The notes beneath the pieces were generated by a model that worked only from the letters and a program-made list of their open reading frames with translations, was not told the DNA's origin and ran no database searches. A stretch of DNA of 64,000 bases from IMG/VR virus record IMGVR_UViG_3300030102_004647, positions 14,954 through 78,953 of that record; one strand, given 5' to 3'. Source of the stretch: a virus. Below are positions 47,511-56,643 of the stretch, piece by piece (position 1 is the stretch's first letter; each line of letters starts with the position of its first letter). Made by a program: the position numbers and the translations under genes.

Positions 47511-48096
47511 TGGTTAAGTATCGCAACCTCTCGTTGCTTACATCCCAAATATCGGGCCGATCATAGTCGTCTAACGCTATGATCTTACCTTGTAAAATAT
47601 CACTAGGTATTTTTTCTGTGTCGTGATAGTCAAACACATAGAAGATTTCACAATCTTCACATGGAGAATAGCCCCCCGATTTTCGATGGGTCAGCAGATC
47701 TTTGACTAAGTTATGAACTGCGATGTCAAAGGCATGATGAAAATCATTGCTGTCGTTGTGCGTGATTACAGAAGAGAATCCGTCTGCCTCTTGCAGCATA
47801 TTGTGCAATCGTAAGTATGCCGGAGATAGTTCGTCCTGGCAGTACGCAAGGTGTTCGTCAATAACCTTGGACCCTTGCGGAAACGATCTTGGATCGTGAT
47901 AGGTGTAGTTCCAAATATGAAAGTTCTCGATCTCCCAGTAGTTCATCGAGCGACGAAAAGATCGACGAAGCTCCACATCCTGCCCGCCGGTCAAGCAGAC
48001 CACAGTGATGTTTGAGTCGGTGGCAAACAGTGAACCTCCATACAGCACTTCGTCTCCAGGTCGAGCAACGATCATCAAATGTGTAGCTTCACTCAT
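47479..48096 (-). CDS. PIG-L/LmbE deacetylase-like protein (degenerate motif)
   Basis: IVARPGDE (cf. AHPDDE), VVCLT.G, VITHN. Confidence 0.6.
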   Translation of the reverse strand: MSEATHLMIVARPGDEVLYGGSLFATDSNITVVCLTGGQDVELRRSFRRSMNYWEIENFHIWNYTYHDPRSFPQGSKVIDEHLAYCQDELSPAYLRLHNMLQEADGFSSVITHNDSNDFHHAFDIAVHNLVKDLLTHRKSGGYSPCEDCEIFYVFDYHDTEKIPSDILQGKIIALDDYDRPDIWDVSNERLRYLTNEKIRPYSCV

Positions 48097-48970
48097 CAGG
48101 TTGGTTCCTAAATCTTTCGGGATCCCAAGCTCCTTTGACGGCACCTTGGGGATACATCATTCTGCGAAGGTATGTCAGGATGTCGGAGTGTACGGGATCG
48201 GCATCGCTTTCGGCTGCTGGTTTATTTACCCACTCAATAATCTGTTGAATATCCAATTCGTTTTGTTCGTTGTCCAGTCCGAAGATATCCGACAACGCTG
48301 TCTGAGTCGTTGCCCAGTTCCCAGCGGTTCCATAGTCTACATCTTTGCCAAGCAGATCTGAATAGGATGCCCGCTGTGCGACTAGCATCGGCTCGAAAGA
48401 ATAGAACGGCATTTGACATTGTGCATGCCATAGACCAAGGATTTCGTCTTGAACATAGTAGTCGATGTTGTTCAGGCATTCTCCGATCATCCACGCACCG
48501 ACCTTCGGACGGAACATGTAGCAATGCATGCCAGTCGCCCCCAAGCATTTGCCGATCTTTTCGTTGATCATGATCGGGCCGACCCTGTGAAAACATCCGG
48601 CATACGCCAGTCCGTAATCGCGGGGGAGCATTTGATAATACTTCACAAAGTCATCGAGGAACGTGTCGGGGTTCAACGGGAACGCATCGTCCTCGAAGAT
48701 TAGCACTTCGTCGTGTCCTGAGTTCAACGCTTCACGCATTACGGCAATATGTGAAAGCGAACAGGCAACTGATCCCGCACTGTGCGTCTCGTCTTCTCGA
48801 TACTGACCAGCTTCAAGCGGGATCCCATCTTCGGCATCCCATGCTTGAAAGCGGTCAACGTCTGTGTTTAGTAATTCAACCCACACCTCCTCAAACTGCG
48901 ACCAGCGATCAGGACGCCGGTCTAGGTTGATGCAATACACTGCATCGAATAGTTCGTTTAATACGTTCAT
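48089..48970 (-). CDS. GT25-family glycosyltransferase
   Basis: YCINLDRRPDRW, ACSLSH, LIFEDDA. Confidence 0.88.
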   Translation of the reverse strand: MNVLNELFDAVYCINLDRRPDRWSQFEEVWVELLNTDVDRFQAWDAEDGIPLEAGQYREDETHSAGSVACSLSHIAVMREALNSGHDEVLIFEDDAFPLNPDTFLDDFVKYYQMLPRDYGLAYAGCFHRVGPIMINEKIGKCLGATGMHCYMFRPKVGAWMIGECLNNIDYYVQDEILGLWHAQCQMPFYSFEPMLVAQRASYSDLLGKDVDYGTAGNWATTQTALSDIFGLDNEQNELDIQQIIEWVNKPAAESDADPVHSDILTYLRRMMYPQGAVKGAWDPERFRNQPDE

Positions 48971-49042
48971 TTGGTTAACATACTATAGTTTGGTCGAAAA
49001 ACAACCGCTCCTCTACGGGCGAATATAAAGCCCCTGGTTGGG

Positions 49043-49288
49043 TCAAAACCCCCTTTCAAAACGGGCTTGAAAATCTTTGTTAGCTTCGATACGAGAATCG
49101 AAGTAGTTACCGCCCGCCCAGTTGGTGTCTCCCACCCCAACCCAACCCGTTACAAATCGAGCTTGAGTGGGGTCGGCGGGATGCAGGTCAACGAGAACGA
49201 TATGTCCGGCTCGCGTTCCTTCTTTAGCGGGGATCAGGCTTGAGGCGACGATCATTCCGTCGATCCTTGGTAGGCAGTCTTGTGACAT
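49043..49288 (-). CDS. Early hypothetical protein
   Basis: Carries the conserved TACTTCAACAA leader; FVTGW...W..GNYF. Confidence 0.6.
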   Translation of the reverse strand: MSQDCLPRIDGMIVASSLIPAKEGTRAGHIVLVDLHPADPTQARFVTGWVGVGDTNWAGGNYFDSRIEANKDFQARFERGF

Positions 49289-49314
49289 TGTCTTTCCCTT
49301 TGTTGAAGTATCGT

Positions 49315-49349
49315 AAAAAAAGGTTGGGGGTGTTTCCACCCCCGCACCT
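49315..49349 (-). terminator. Intrinsic terminator
   Basis: GGGGGUG-GAAA-CACCCCC stem followed by ACC and a U-run. Confidence 0.7.
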
Positions 49350-49350
49350 C

Positions 49351-49548
49351 TTAGCAAACTCTCTCTGGCGAATTGGGTCGATGACCAACGAATTTCCCCC
49401 GCCGTCGAGCGGCACGATTGCCACGGCCAGGGATAAAGCTCGACTTCATCTTCTTTCGCTTTAACGCTCCCCAGCACATGCGGAACGAGTCAGACGAAAA
49501 ACCATACTGTCGGCCAATCCGCACAACAAACTGATAATCCTCTAACAT
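49351..49548 (-). CDS. Early small protein
   Basis: AAGGAG RBS, own promoter and terminator. Confidence 0.6.
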   Translation of the reverse strand: MLEDYQFVVRIGRQYGFSSDSFRMCWGALKRKKMKSSFIPGRGNRAARRRGKFVGHRPNSPERVC

Positions 49549-49589
49549 TGTCTCATCTCCTTGTTGAAGTATTGTTGACTGATGCCCTG

Positions 49590-49617
49590 ATTATACTACC
49601 GTTATCGGCAATGTAAA
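49590..49617 (-). promoter_or_regulatory. Early promoter, CCGATA class
   Basis: TTTACA-TTGCCGATAACGGTAG-TATAAT with a long upstream T-tract. Confidence 0.8.
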
Positions 49618-49639
49618 TCCCTAATCTTAAAAAAAAATA

Positions 49640-50665
49640 AAAAAAAAGTGGGTTCCTACTTCTGAGCAGGGTGTGAGTGAATATGCCCAGAGATTGCGGC
49701 GGCTTGTGCTTTAGGGGCTACGTTCCACTCAGGATCAATGTCCACTTTTGTGCTGCATCAGGTGGGACCGTATTAAGTTCCCAGCTGAGAGGTCTTATTT
49801 CAACCCTTCCCCATGTTCGCTCTGCATACCCCCTTCCGAACCTCTTACGAACTTAGGATCAACTCCCACGTTTGGACACTGCATAGTTTCGCTCCTCCCC
49901 ACAACTGGATTGCACTCTTAGTGCGTGATGCCGAAGCACTCCCGTCACAGTTTGGCCCACTAATTAGCTCCGCACGGCCTGCCAGATTCGCACTGGAGGT
50001 CAGCTTCAAAGATCCGTACTGGTTTATAGCATGAACCCACTCGATTGAATGACTAAGATCTTGAACCGAAACGGGGAGATTTTTGCTGATCAGGCTTATC
50101 AGGAGGCGTGTTCCGCTTTGTCTATCGCTTTCAACCCTCCTGCGAGATTGTCACACGTTCGCGATGTGCGAGTCCCGTCTGGCCGAATTACACGGCTCAA
50201 GATCTTAGCCACTCGGAGTGTATTGGATGGCTGACTCGTAGGGGAGTTCAACCCCCCGACACTGCATCCGAAAGTGAAACGCTGTAATACGTTTCAGGAT
50301 GCGGTTGTTCAACATCGTCATGTCGAACCCCGATTGTCCATTTACTTTCAGAAGTTACATCAGTGCCGCTTGCACAAGCGAGCCATTCAATACACTCCAT
50401 CGAGTGTGAGAGTAGCAGACTCAACGCTTCACTTCTCCGGTGCTTGACTGTAAGAGCTACTCCGGTCGAGGATTTTTAATCTTGCGAATCATGCCTCATG
50501 TTTTCACACTTTGCAGAAGCGTTGAGCTTGCTACTCTCGAAGTTTTGTCGTACTGGAAACCAGCCGGTGGGTACTTCTCCTCGACTCAATCGTCGTGACC
50601 CGTGAGTGATGTCGCTTGTTTCATTCCATGTAAGTGAGTCACTCAACTCACACTCAACTCTCATG
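49640..50665 (-). ncRNA. Giant (~1 kb) multi-domain structured non-coding RNA; GOLLD/ROOL-scale, class unassigned
   Basis: No credible ORF in an otherwise gene-dense genome. Own promoter at 50672-50699. Consecutive domains closed by long helices (50408-50430/50516-50538, 50215-50232/50381-50398, 50051-50068/50193-50210, 49647-49655/50033-50041). GNRA and cUUCGg loops on the - strand; ends in a U-tract. Confidence 0.85.
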
Positions 50666-50671
50666 TTCTTA

Positions 50672-50699
50672 ATATTACCATTATCGGAAGCATTGTCAA
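50672..50699 (-). promoter_or_regulatory. Promoter, CCGATA class, driving the ncRNA
   Basis: TTGACA-ATGCTTCCGATAATGG-TAATAT. Confidence 0.8.
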
Positions 50700-50790
50700 G
50701 AGAAATCCAGACAATCTGAGAAAATAGTTTGCCGATAGCGGTTTAACCCTATAAAACAAGGGAAAACTATTTTCAACTATTTTTAGAAAA

Positions 50791-50806
50791 GTGCAGATGT
50801 CTGCAC
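50791..50806. repeat. 16-bp palindrome (upstream of the ncRNA promoter)
   Basis: GTGCAGATGTCTGCAC. Confidence 0.8.
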
Positions 50807-50845
50807 ATCCGTACAGGTAATTTTTCCGTTTTCGGATGATTGAAA

Positions 50846-51700
50846 TTAGGTTGACACTGTTTCCAAATGATTTAAAAGATCTTGAAGACCTTGTGATCTT
50901 TGCGAACCTCTCAACAAATTATGTCGATCACCTTCGGGATTGCCGGAGGGTAATCTGCAAATGTATCCGATGAGTTTTACTTCACCATAAAACTTTGAAG
51001 GATCTTGAACTGCTTTCTTTCTCATCTCTGGTGCCCAGTGATCCCACAGCCCTAACAAACCAAGTCGGTACAACAACTCTACTTTGTCGGCGTTGCCATA
51101 CATGCAATCTTCGTTGAACTCTTTGTCGTGATGCTTTGTGAATGCAAGTTGTAACTCTGTCATGCCAATGCTTCGGTGTGTTCCGAAATCATATTCTGAT
51201 TTTAGAATCGGCGGGTCGGTCAAAAAAGTATCGATGTTGGCAACTCTCCATGTTGGGAAAGCAAAGTACCCGTCTTCAGGATTGTCTTCTGCTAACATGC
51301 GAAACTGCATCCAACCGTCTTCTCTAAAAAACATCCCGCCGTCTTCGGGGCAACACACATCTGCACCATGATCGAAACTAATATCGAGGCAATGATTGCG
51401 TGCCCGATTTACGTTAGTGATATATTTTAATTTCGCACTGGCAGATGGAAGGCTATCGAACTCCTCACGGAAAAAAGGAATGTGATAAATACATTCTTTG
51501 GGAACTCCGTGTTCATGCAACAAGTTGACGATGTTTATACATTTTCGATTGTCAACGATTCGGTTCAGCAACCACATCTTGCGGGTCATGCCAAACTCTT
51601 TTTCATTCTCAAGGATGTACTTCAAATTCTGAAGCGTCTGCCCCTTCGGATGTCTGGGGGGAAGATCGTTTCCAAGTATTCGCCACAGGTCAAACTTCAT
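50846..51700 (-). CDS. Putative glycosyltransferase-like protein (RILGNDLPPRH family)
   Basis: RILGNDLPPRH..GQTL.NL, WLLNRIVD, N.NRARN, PEDG; last gene of the glyco cluster. Confidence 0.5.
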   Translation of the reverse strand: MKFDLWRILGNDLPPRHPKGQTLQNLKYILENEKEFGMTRKMWLLNRIVDNRKCINIVNLLHEHGVPKECIYHIPFFREEFDSLPSASAKLKYITNVNRARNHCLDISFDHGADVCCPEDGGMFFREDGWMQFRMLAEDNPEDGYFAFPTWRVANIDTFLTDPPILKSEYDFGTHRSIGMTELQLAFTKHHDKEFNEDCMYGNADKVELLYRLGLLGLWDHWAPEMRKKAVQDPSKFYGEVKLIGYICRLPSGNPEGDRHNLLRGSQRSQGLQDLLNHLETVST

Positions 51701-52305
51701 TAGAGTGCCTCATGCATTAAAGGAATGTCGGACAGGACAGATTTGTTCCAAGGCAAAAATACTGACGAGGTTTTACAATCTGCCACAATGTCTGTTTTAT
51801 TTTTTGTATATTTGCCCGCCGATGAAAGTATCCACTTCGTATCAAAATAGTTGTCGGTCAAATCCCACTCATAGTCTCGTGCCTCTAGAGCAACCGGACA
51901 GATGTGCGTTCTATAAATAGCAATGTCGGCGTCTCTCATTCTTAGGCACATATCCCAAGCAGCGTCTGATTTACGAACAATCTGTTCGTCAAACTTCCCG
52001 ATTCTACACTCTACATCTCGACGCAGTCCGATCAACCTGTGATCCCCCATGTCCACAAAGCCATATCCAAAATCCAGCAAAGTCACTAGCTCCACCATGT
52101 GCTGCCTGCTAGGACGTGCCCACTGGTCACAGATTATCACATGCTGCCCACTGCTCTTAGAAATGCACTCATTCCACATTGCGGCCTGGGAATCCCACGG
52201 ACCAAATAATCGCGTCCTGGGCCATTGTGCGAGCTTGAGACAGGTGACAGCCCTGTCATCGTCTGGCATTATTTTGGTAATGATTGCCGGAGTCGCCTGA
52301 GACAT
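51700..52305 (-). CDS. Degenerate GT2-like protein
   Basis: WNECI...VIICD, IGKFDE...DMCLR. Confidence 0.5.
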   Translation of the reverse strand: MSQATPAIITKIMPDDDRAVTCLKLAQWPRTRLFGPWDSQAAMWNECISKSSGQHVIICDQWARPSRQHMVELVTLLDFGYGFVDMGDHRLIGLRRDVECRIGKFDEQIVRKSDAAWDMCLRMRDADIAIYRTHICPVALEARDYEWDLTDNYFDTKWILSSAGKYTKNKTDIVADCKTSSVFLPWNKSVLSDIPLMHEAL

Positions 52306-52930
52306 CTAGTACAGCCTTCCGTAGCTTGTTCTCTATGGATCTGAACTCTGATCGAGTTGCGGATCCTATGGGGTCAAAATAATAGTGATAGAGGACTTTT
52401 TCAATTTTATAGAACCTCTCTACTTTGTCGGCCATCTTCTCGGCCCAGGCTGAGTCTTCCCCGAAGTCCTGGTCAGGGAACGGACAGCCCTCGGTCAATT
52501 TACGTCTCCAAACATTAGTATGTGATCCCTTCGCAATATGAACATCCTCGGTGATATATCCGGCAGTTACTAGTCGAGGATCGTATGTGCAAAGTATATC
52601 ACGTTGCAAACCTCCATGATGAAGCATCAGATCGTACTGTATTACGTCCACCCCTGGATTTGAACCTATAGCTTTCAAAATGGAATCGACGTAGTCGGTC
52701 GATATTTGATCATCGTCGTCTACGAAAGTAATATATTCGCCCGTTGCCATTCCCATCAACAGGTTCCGCTTTGTGCCGACAGTATGCACTCGATTGTCCA
52801 TCAGTGCGAGGATCTCCACATCTTCGCGGCCCGTGGTCTGATCCTGCAATTCTGCGACCATCTCGGGAAAGTGTTTTCCCAGTCGGTCGGGAATGGTCGT
52901 GATTAAGATCGAGAGTTTTCGGGTTCCCAT
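52256..52930 (-). CDS. GT2-family glycosyltransferase
   Basis: LSILITT, GTKRN, GEYITFVDDDD, FPD..FGED. Confidence 0.88.
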   Translation of the reverse strand: MGTRKLSILITTIPDRLGKHFPEMVAELQDQTTGREDVEILALMDNRVHTVGTKRNLLMGMATGEYITFVDDDDQISTDYVDSILKAIGSNPGVDVIQYDLMLHHGGLQRDILCTYDPRLVTAGYITEDVHIAKGSHTNVWRRKLTEGCPFPDQDFGEDSAWAEKMADKVERFYKIEKVLYHYYFDPIGSATRSEFRSIENKLRKAVLDVSGDSGNHYQNNARR

Positions 52931-53808
52931 ATTCCTGGGATCTTGCTTCGCTCCTGCAAGTGTCTGGTGAAGGTGCATGGGTGTTCTTTCCAATTTTTAG
53001 GTGTAAGCCAATTGTTGTATTTCTGAGAGATAGGAGATCCGGCAAACCAGTGGATCCCCACCTGACTCGGAGGAAGTTCATGACTCCACTCCCATATTTG
53101 CTCGATGCCTCTCCAGTTCCAAGGGTAAACATCTTCCCCAGGAGAAGGTGTAAAAAGACGATGGTTGTACCTCTCCATGATCCGTTGAGCCATGAAGTGT
53201 CCAGGGGAATGAGGTCGTATCTTTAAAATCTGACAGATTCGGTTGGTGCCAAAATCTTGATATTGAGAAGGCTCACCCCCGTCTTTACAACTGTTATACA
53301 TAAGCTCAAAAAACTTTAGTCCTGGCTTGCATCCCAAGAATCCAATAGTAAAGTCTCCGCAAGGCAAAGGTGCAACAAGATCAGAGGACGCACACTTGTG
53401 AAGTAGGTCGTCCATAGGATGCATGTACAGGATATCCATGTCGCTGTACCAGCCACCGTGTTCGTGTAACACTTTCCACTGGTACATATCGCACTGATGC
53501 ACAGGATCCAAGTTTTCTGGAAGATCAACTGCTTTGACTGTTATAGGAAGATTGTATGCATCATGCATCCAGTCCGGCCCGTCATATCCGCAGAAGTCTT
53601 GTTGCTCTTCCGATGTCCACGACTTCTTGGACTTTGAATTTCTCGACACATACAAAGTTGTTTCCCAGCTTGGATTGTGAAGACAAAAAGTTTGCAGTGT
53701 CAGATACCGTAGCCACGACATCTTCCCGCCCGCCCAAAAAAAACACATTCTCTTGGGTATAGTTGTAACCTTATTTGACACTACCACGGTCCTCCTGACG
53801 CCTCCCAC
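52903..53808 (-). CDS. GT32-like (DxD) glycosyltransferase
   Basis: IPKRMCFFW, VLHEHGGWYSDMDI, IHWFAG. Confidence 0.8.
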   Translation of the reverse strand: MGGVRRTVVVSNKVTTIPKRMCFFWAGGKMSWLRYLTLQTFCLHNPSWETTLYVSRNSKSKKSWTSEEQQDFCGYDGPDWMHDAYNLPITVKAVDLPENLDPVHQCDMYQWKVLHEHGGWYSDMDILYMHPMDDLLHKCASSDLVAPLPCGDFTIGFLGCKPGLKFFELMYNSCKDGGEPSQYQDFGTNRICQILKIRPHSPGHFMAQRIMERYNHRLFTPSPGEDVYPWNWRGIEQIWEWSHELPPSQVGIHWFAGSPISQKYNNWLTPKNWKEHPCTFTRHLQERSKIPGIWEPENSRS

Positions 53809-54521
53809 TTAATCTCTCCCGCCTCGGCCTGAGCTTTCTTTCGTTCATACAACTCTTTCGAGGGTATTACTAAACTACTCAGACCTTGAGGTCGATGATG
53901 ATTCTGGTGGTAGCCGACAATTTGAGATGTAAAGACTGGTTTTAATCCCAGCCCATGGATTAAACAATCACCGAACCAATCGTCATCGTATCCCGGTTCG
54001 GTGAACTCTTCGTCATTGCCCCCAACAGCATACAGATCTTTCTTCCACAACGCTCCCAAAAAAAAGAAAGGTCGTCTGTAGCTAGGGCTAGTGTATTCCA
54101 TCAAAATATTAAACTCTGGAGGAACCCCTTCGATGTTGAACACAGTTGCAATAACAAATTCTTTCGGGTTCAAAGCGTAGCACAAATCTTGAATAGCATT
54201 CCCTCGGTGTATTACGTCATCGGACTGGGCGATAATTATTTCGCCCTTCGCGTAACGATACGCATGATTTCGAGCAACCGAAGGATTTCGATATCGAGAG
54301 TTTTCTAATCGGTGAAGTTTAAAATTTGCATATCGTTCCCACTGCTTACACATCCACCACGTCTCGTCGTCGGATCCATCATCTACGACAATCACCTCAA
54401 ACTGTGGCGAATCATTTATCTGAGCATAGATAGATTCAAGAACTCGTTTAAGATACTCCTCTTTGTTTTTAGTTGCAATGCATATCGATGCAGTCACACT
54501 TCCACATGTTCGGCAACTCAT
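53781..54521 (-). CDS. GT2-family glycosyltransferase
   Basis: SICIAT.N, EVIVVDDGSDD, ARN, VGGNDEEF...GYDDD. Confidence 0.9.
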   Translation of the reverse strand: MSCRTCGSVTASICIATKNKEEYLKRVLESIYAQINDSPQFEVIVVDDGSDDETWWMCKQWERYANFKLHRLENSRYRNPSVARNHAYRYAKGEIIIAQSDDVIHRGNAIQDLCYALNPKEFVIATVFNIEGVPPEFNILMEYTSPSYRRPFFFLGALWKKDLYAVGGNDEEFTEPGYDDDWFGDCLIHGLGLKPVFTSQIVGYHQNHHRPQGLSSLVIPSKELYERKKAQAEAGEIKWEASGGPW

Positions 54522-55075
54522 TGATCCTCCTTCGGCTCGTCAGAAAAGCCTCCACCGTAAAAGTAAGCACCTACTATGTGCTTGGCAAACAAATGCACAG
54601 GAGTGTCGTCGCCCGTGTCCTTCTGCAATCTAGTCACCTCAAACTCTTGCTGTAGAAGTTCCCATTCTTGAAACCCACATCTATGTTTTTGAAGAGGATT
54701 GATGCCGTGACCCAGGTCATCGTTTTCAGACTGCTCCACAAACCCTTCGGGTGTGTTTATAAAAACATACTTTCTTGCAATTGACTTTGATTTGTTAATT
54801 ACCTCCAAAGCCTCTTCTTTTTCTAAATGCTCAAGAACATCGAGAAGTAGTACATGGTCCCACGACTTGTCGGGAAACATATGCACTACCCCTGGCAAAG
54901 TTCCAATCATTGTGATCATTCGATCCGATAAGTTGTCGAGGTACTTGGTATAAGCATCGATACCTAGATGCCTCGCTCCTATGACTCCAGTCGCGGATAC
55001 CATACCGCATCCAAAGTCCAAAACAGAATCACATGGATCTAAATAGTTGAGGATCTCTTTCCCTAGCCAGTTCAT
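54518..55075 (-). CDS. Class I SAM-dependent methyltransferase
   Basis: SVLDFGCG, LGIDA, DVLEHL, INTP. Confidence 0.88.
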   Translation of the reverse strand: MNWLGKEILNYLDPCDSVLDFGCGMVSATGVIGARHLGIDAYTKYLDNLSDRMITMIGTLPGVVHMFPDKSWDHVLLLDVLEHLEKEEALEVINKSKSIARKYVFINTPEGFVEQSENDDLGHGINPLQKHRCGFQEWELLQQEFEVTRLQKDTGDDTPVHLFAKHIVGAYFYGGGFSDEPKEDQ

Positions 55076-56178
55076 ACAAAGTCAACGTGTCTTGGTTTAG
55101 GTTCTAACGCATACAAAATAGTTCGATTCTTATTATTAAACATACACCTCGGACAGCCTCGGGCATCAAACTTATTGAAGTTGTGCTTCTTCATGTCCGA
55201 CTCCCACAGTTCTTTGAATCTTTGATCTTTGATAGATCCGATCAGTCCTTTCTCGTTGTAAGCTAACACACAGCACCTGTACACATTCAAGTCCCCACCG
55301 ATGTACGTGTTGAACTCTTGATATCCACAATAAGAGTAGTCTGGATTCTTTAGCTCTAGATCCTCTGTCCGATCACCAAAGTTGTTGAACACTTTGAAAT
55401 TCTTATCGGACAGCTTCGAGGCTTCTCGAATCAACTCTTTCGCTTCATCATAGAATCCATCAAAGTAGCTGAGACCATCGTCCTGAAATATCGCAGAGAT
55501 CCTGACGTTGTCCACACCTGCTTCCTTAGCTCGGGCCGTACAATCAACAACTTCTTTCCAGTTTTCTTTGGTAACTACAAAACCAATCCCGATGATCAGA
55601 TCGCAGTCCTCTTTCTCTTTTTTAGCAGCACACAGGTCGTCGATGTTTCTCCATGTTCGATGGAAATGTTGCTTTCCAATTCGCCGGATATCTGCGTAGG
55701 TGTTCTCGTTCCCTGCATCGATAGAGAATCGAACCCACTGCCCTCGAAGATACGCTTCGATCAGTCCCTTCCGAAAGACCGCTCCGTTGCTAACAACTCC
55801 CAGACCCATACCTCTGTCCGATATTCCGTTGAATATTTCGATGTGGTCTGGATGTACAGTCGGCTCCCCTCCCCCTGTTACTTGTATCGCTCCGACTCCC
55901 ATCTCCTGACAGTCGTCAAGGATCTCGAACACTTTCGGGCCTTCGATCATTCTGTTTGGATTGTTAGTCCCAACCTTGGCAAGTTCGGAGTCGCCAGCAA
56001 ATAATTGGTTGGATGTGTAGCCAGACATCCGATACGCACAGAACGAACAATCGTGATTGCACAAGTCGGAAATAATTAGCTGGACTTGGGTTGGGACTAT
56101 CTGCACACCCGACTTGATACTATCTATCCGCTCTCGGTGATGTATCACTTTTAGGGGGCTGTATGGAGATCCTTCCAT
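55072..56178 (-). CDS. Radical SAM enzyme with SPASM/twitch domain
   Basis: CNHDCSFC, TGGGEPT, C-terminal C...CC...CPRC. Confidence 0.92.
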   Translation of the reverse strand: MEGSPYSPLKVIHHRERIDSIKSGVQIVPTQVQLIISDLCNHDCSFCAYRMSGYTSNQLFAGDSELAKVGTNNPNRMIEGPKVFEILDDCQEMGVGAIQVTGGGEPTVHPDHIEIFNGISDRGMGLGVVSNGAVFRKGLIEAYLRGQWVRFSIDAGNENTYADIRRIGKQHFHRTWRNIDDLCAAKKEKEDCDLIIGIGFVVTKENWKEVVDCTARAKEAGVDNVRISAIFQDDGLSYFDGFYDEAKELIREASKLSDKNFKVFNNFGDRTEDLELKNPDYSYCGYQEFNTYIGGDLNVYRCCVLAYNEKGLIGSIKDQRFKELWESDMKKHNFNKFDARGCPRCMFNNKNRTILYALEPKPRHVDFV

Positions 56179-56253
56179 AATCGACTTCCATTTCGGCTAA
56201 GGTTTTGAGATAATTCCTTCATCGTTATATACCCAGGTCACGGAGGCACCGCA

Positions 56254-56592
56254 GTGGGGAACAAAGAACGGATTATACAGGTTGCATGGAAAAAGTGGAG
56301 GCTTATTTTTGACAAGGCTCTACCTCGCGACACTGACGGAAGCACCGACCCTCCTACAAAAAAACGTAAATCTATACGGATCAAGGATAATCTAGTAGGC
56401 CAGGAATTTCTGGAAACCTACCTGCATGAAACCCATCACGCTGGGAATGACTCGATTTGTGAAGATTATGTTGAGCAAATAGCCCACGATCAAGCCGCTT
56501 CGTTTTGCTATCGAGATTGTATCGAACGATTTTTGGGGTGTCCTCGCATTGTTGCGATGGTTGAGGAAATTCTAGACTCTCGAAAAAAATAA
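56254..56592 (+). CDS. Small HExxH metallopeptidase-like protein
   Basis: GGAGG RBS with GTG start; ETYLHETHHA. Confidence 0.65.
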   Translation: MGNKERIIQVAWKKWRLIFDKALPRDTDGSTDPPTKKRKSIRIKDNLVGQEFLETYLHETHHAGNDSICEDYVEQIAHDQAASFCYRDCIERFLGCPRIVAMVEEILDSRKK

Positions 56593-56643
56593 CAAGCTAA
56601 CAAGGTGGAACCTTGTAGCTTCAGTGTAAGGAGACACAAACAA

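Noticed and set aside
50051-50210. GAGCCG...CGGUUC resembling group II intron domain V ends
   Set aside because: It encloses about 125 nt rather than a ~34-nt hairpin; there is no domain VI, RT/maturase or interrupted gene.
50476-50664. 62-aa - strand ORF and other short ORFs (49813, 50049) inside the ncRNA region
   Set aside because: No RBS, no recognisable protein features, and they run through long helices. Leaderless translation of the 62-aa ORF cannot be fully excluded.
49640-50665. CsrB-like sponge or tmRNA/tRNA interpretation of the giant RNA
   Set aside because: GGA is only slightly above chance by hand count and is not arrayed in short hairpin loops; no acceptor stem, CCA end or tag ORF was seen.
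82-56004. Numerous + strand ORFs in the track (e.g. 12476-13189, 25690-26628, 26625-27311)
   Set aside because: They are antisense shadows of well-supported - strand genes, with no motifs.
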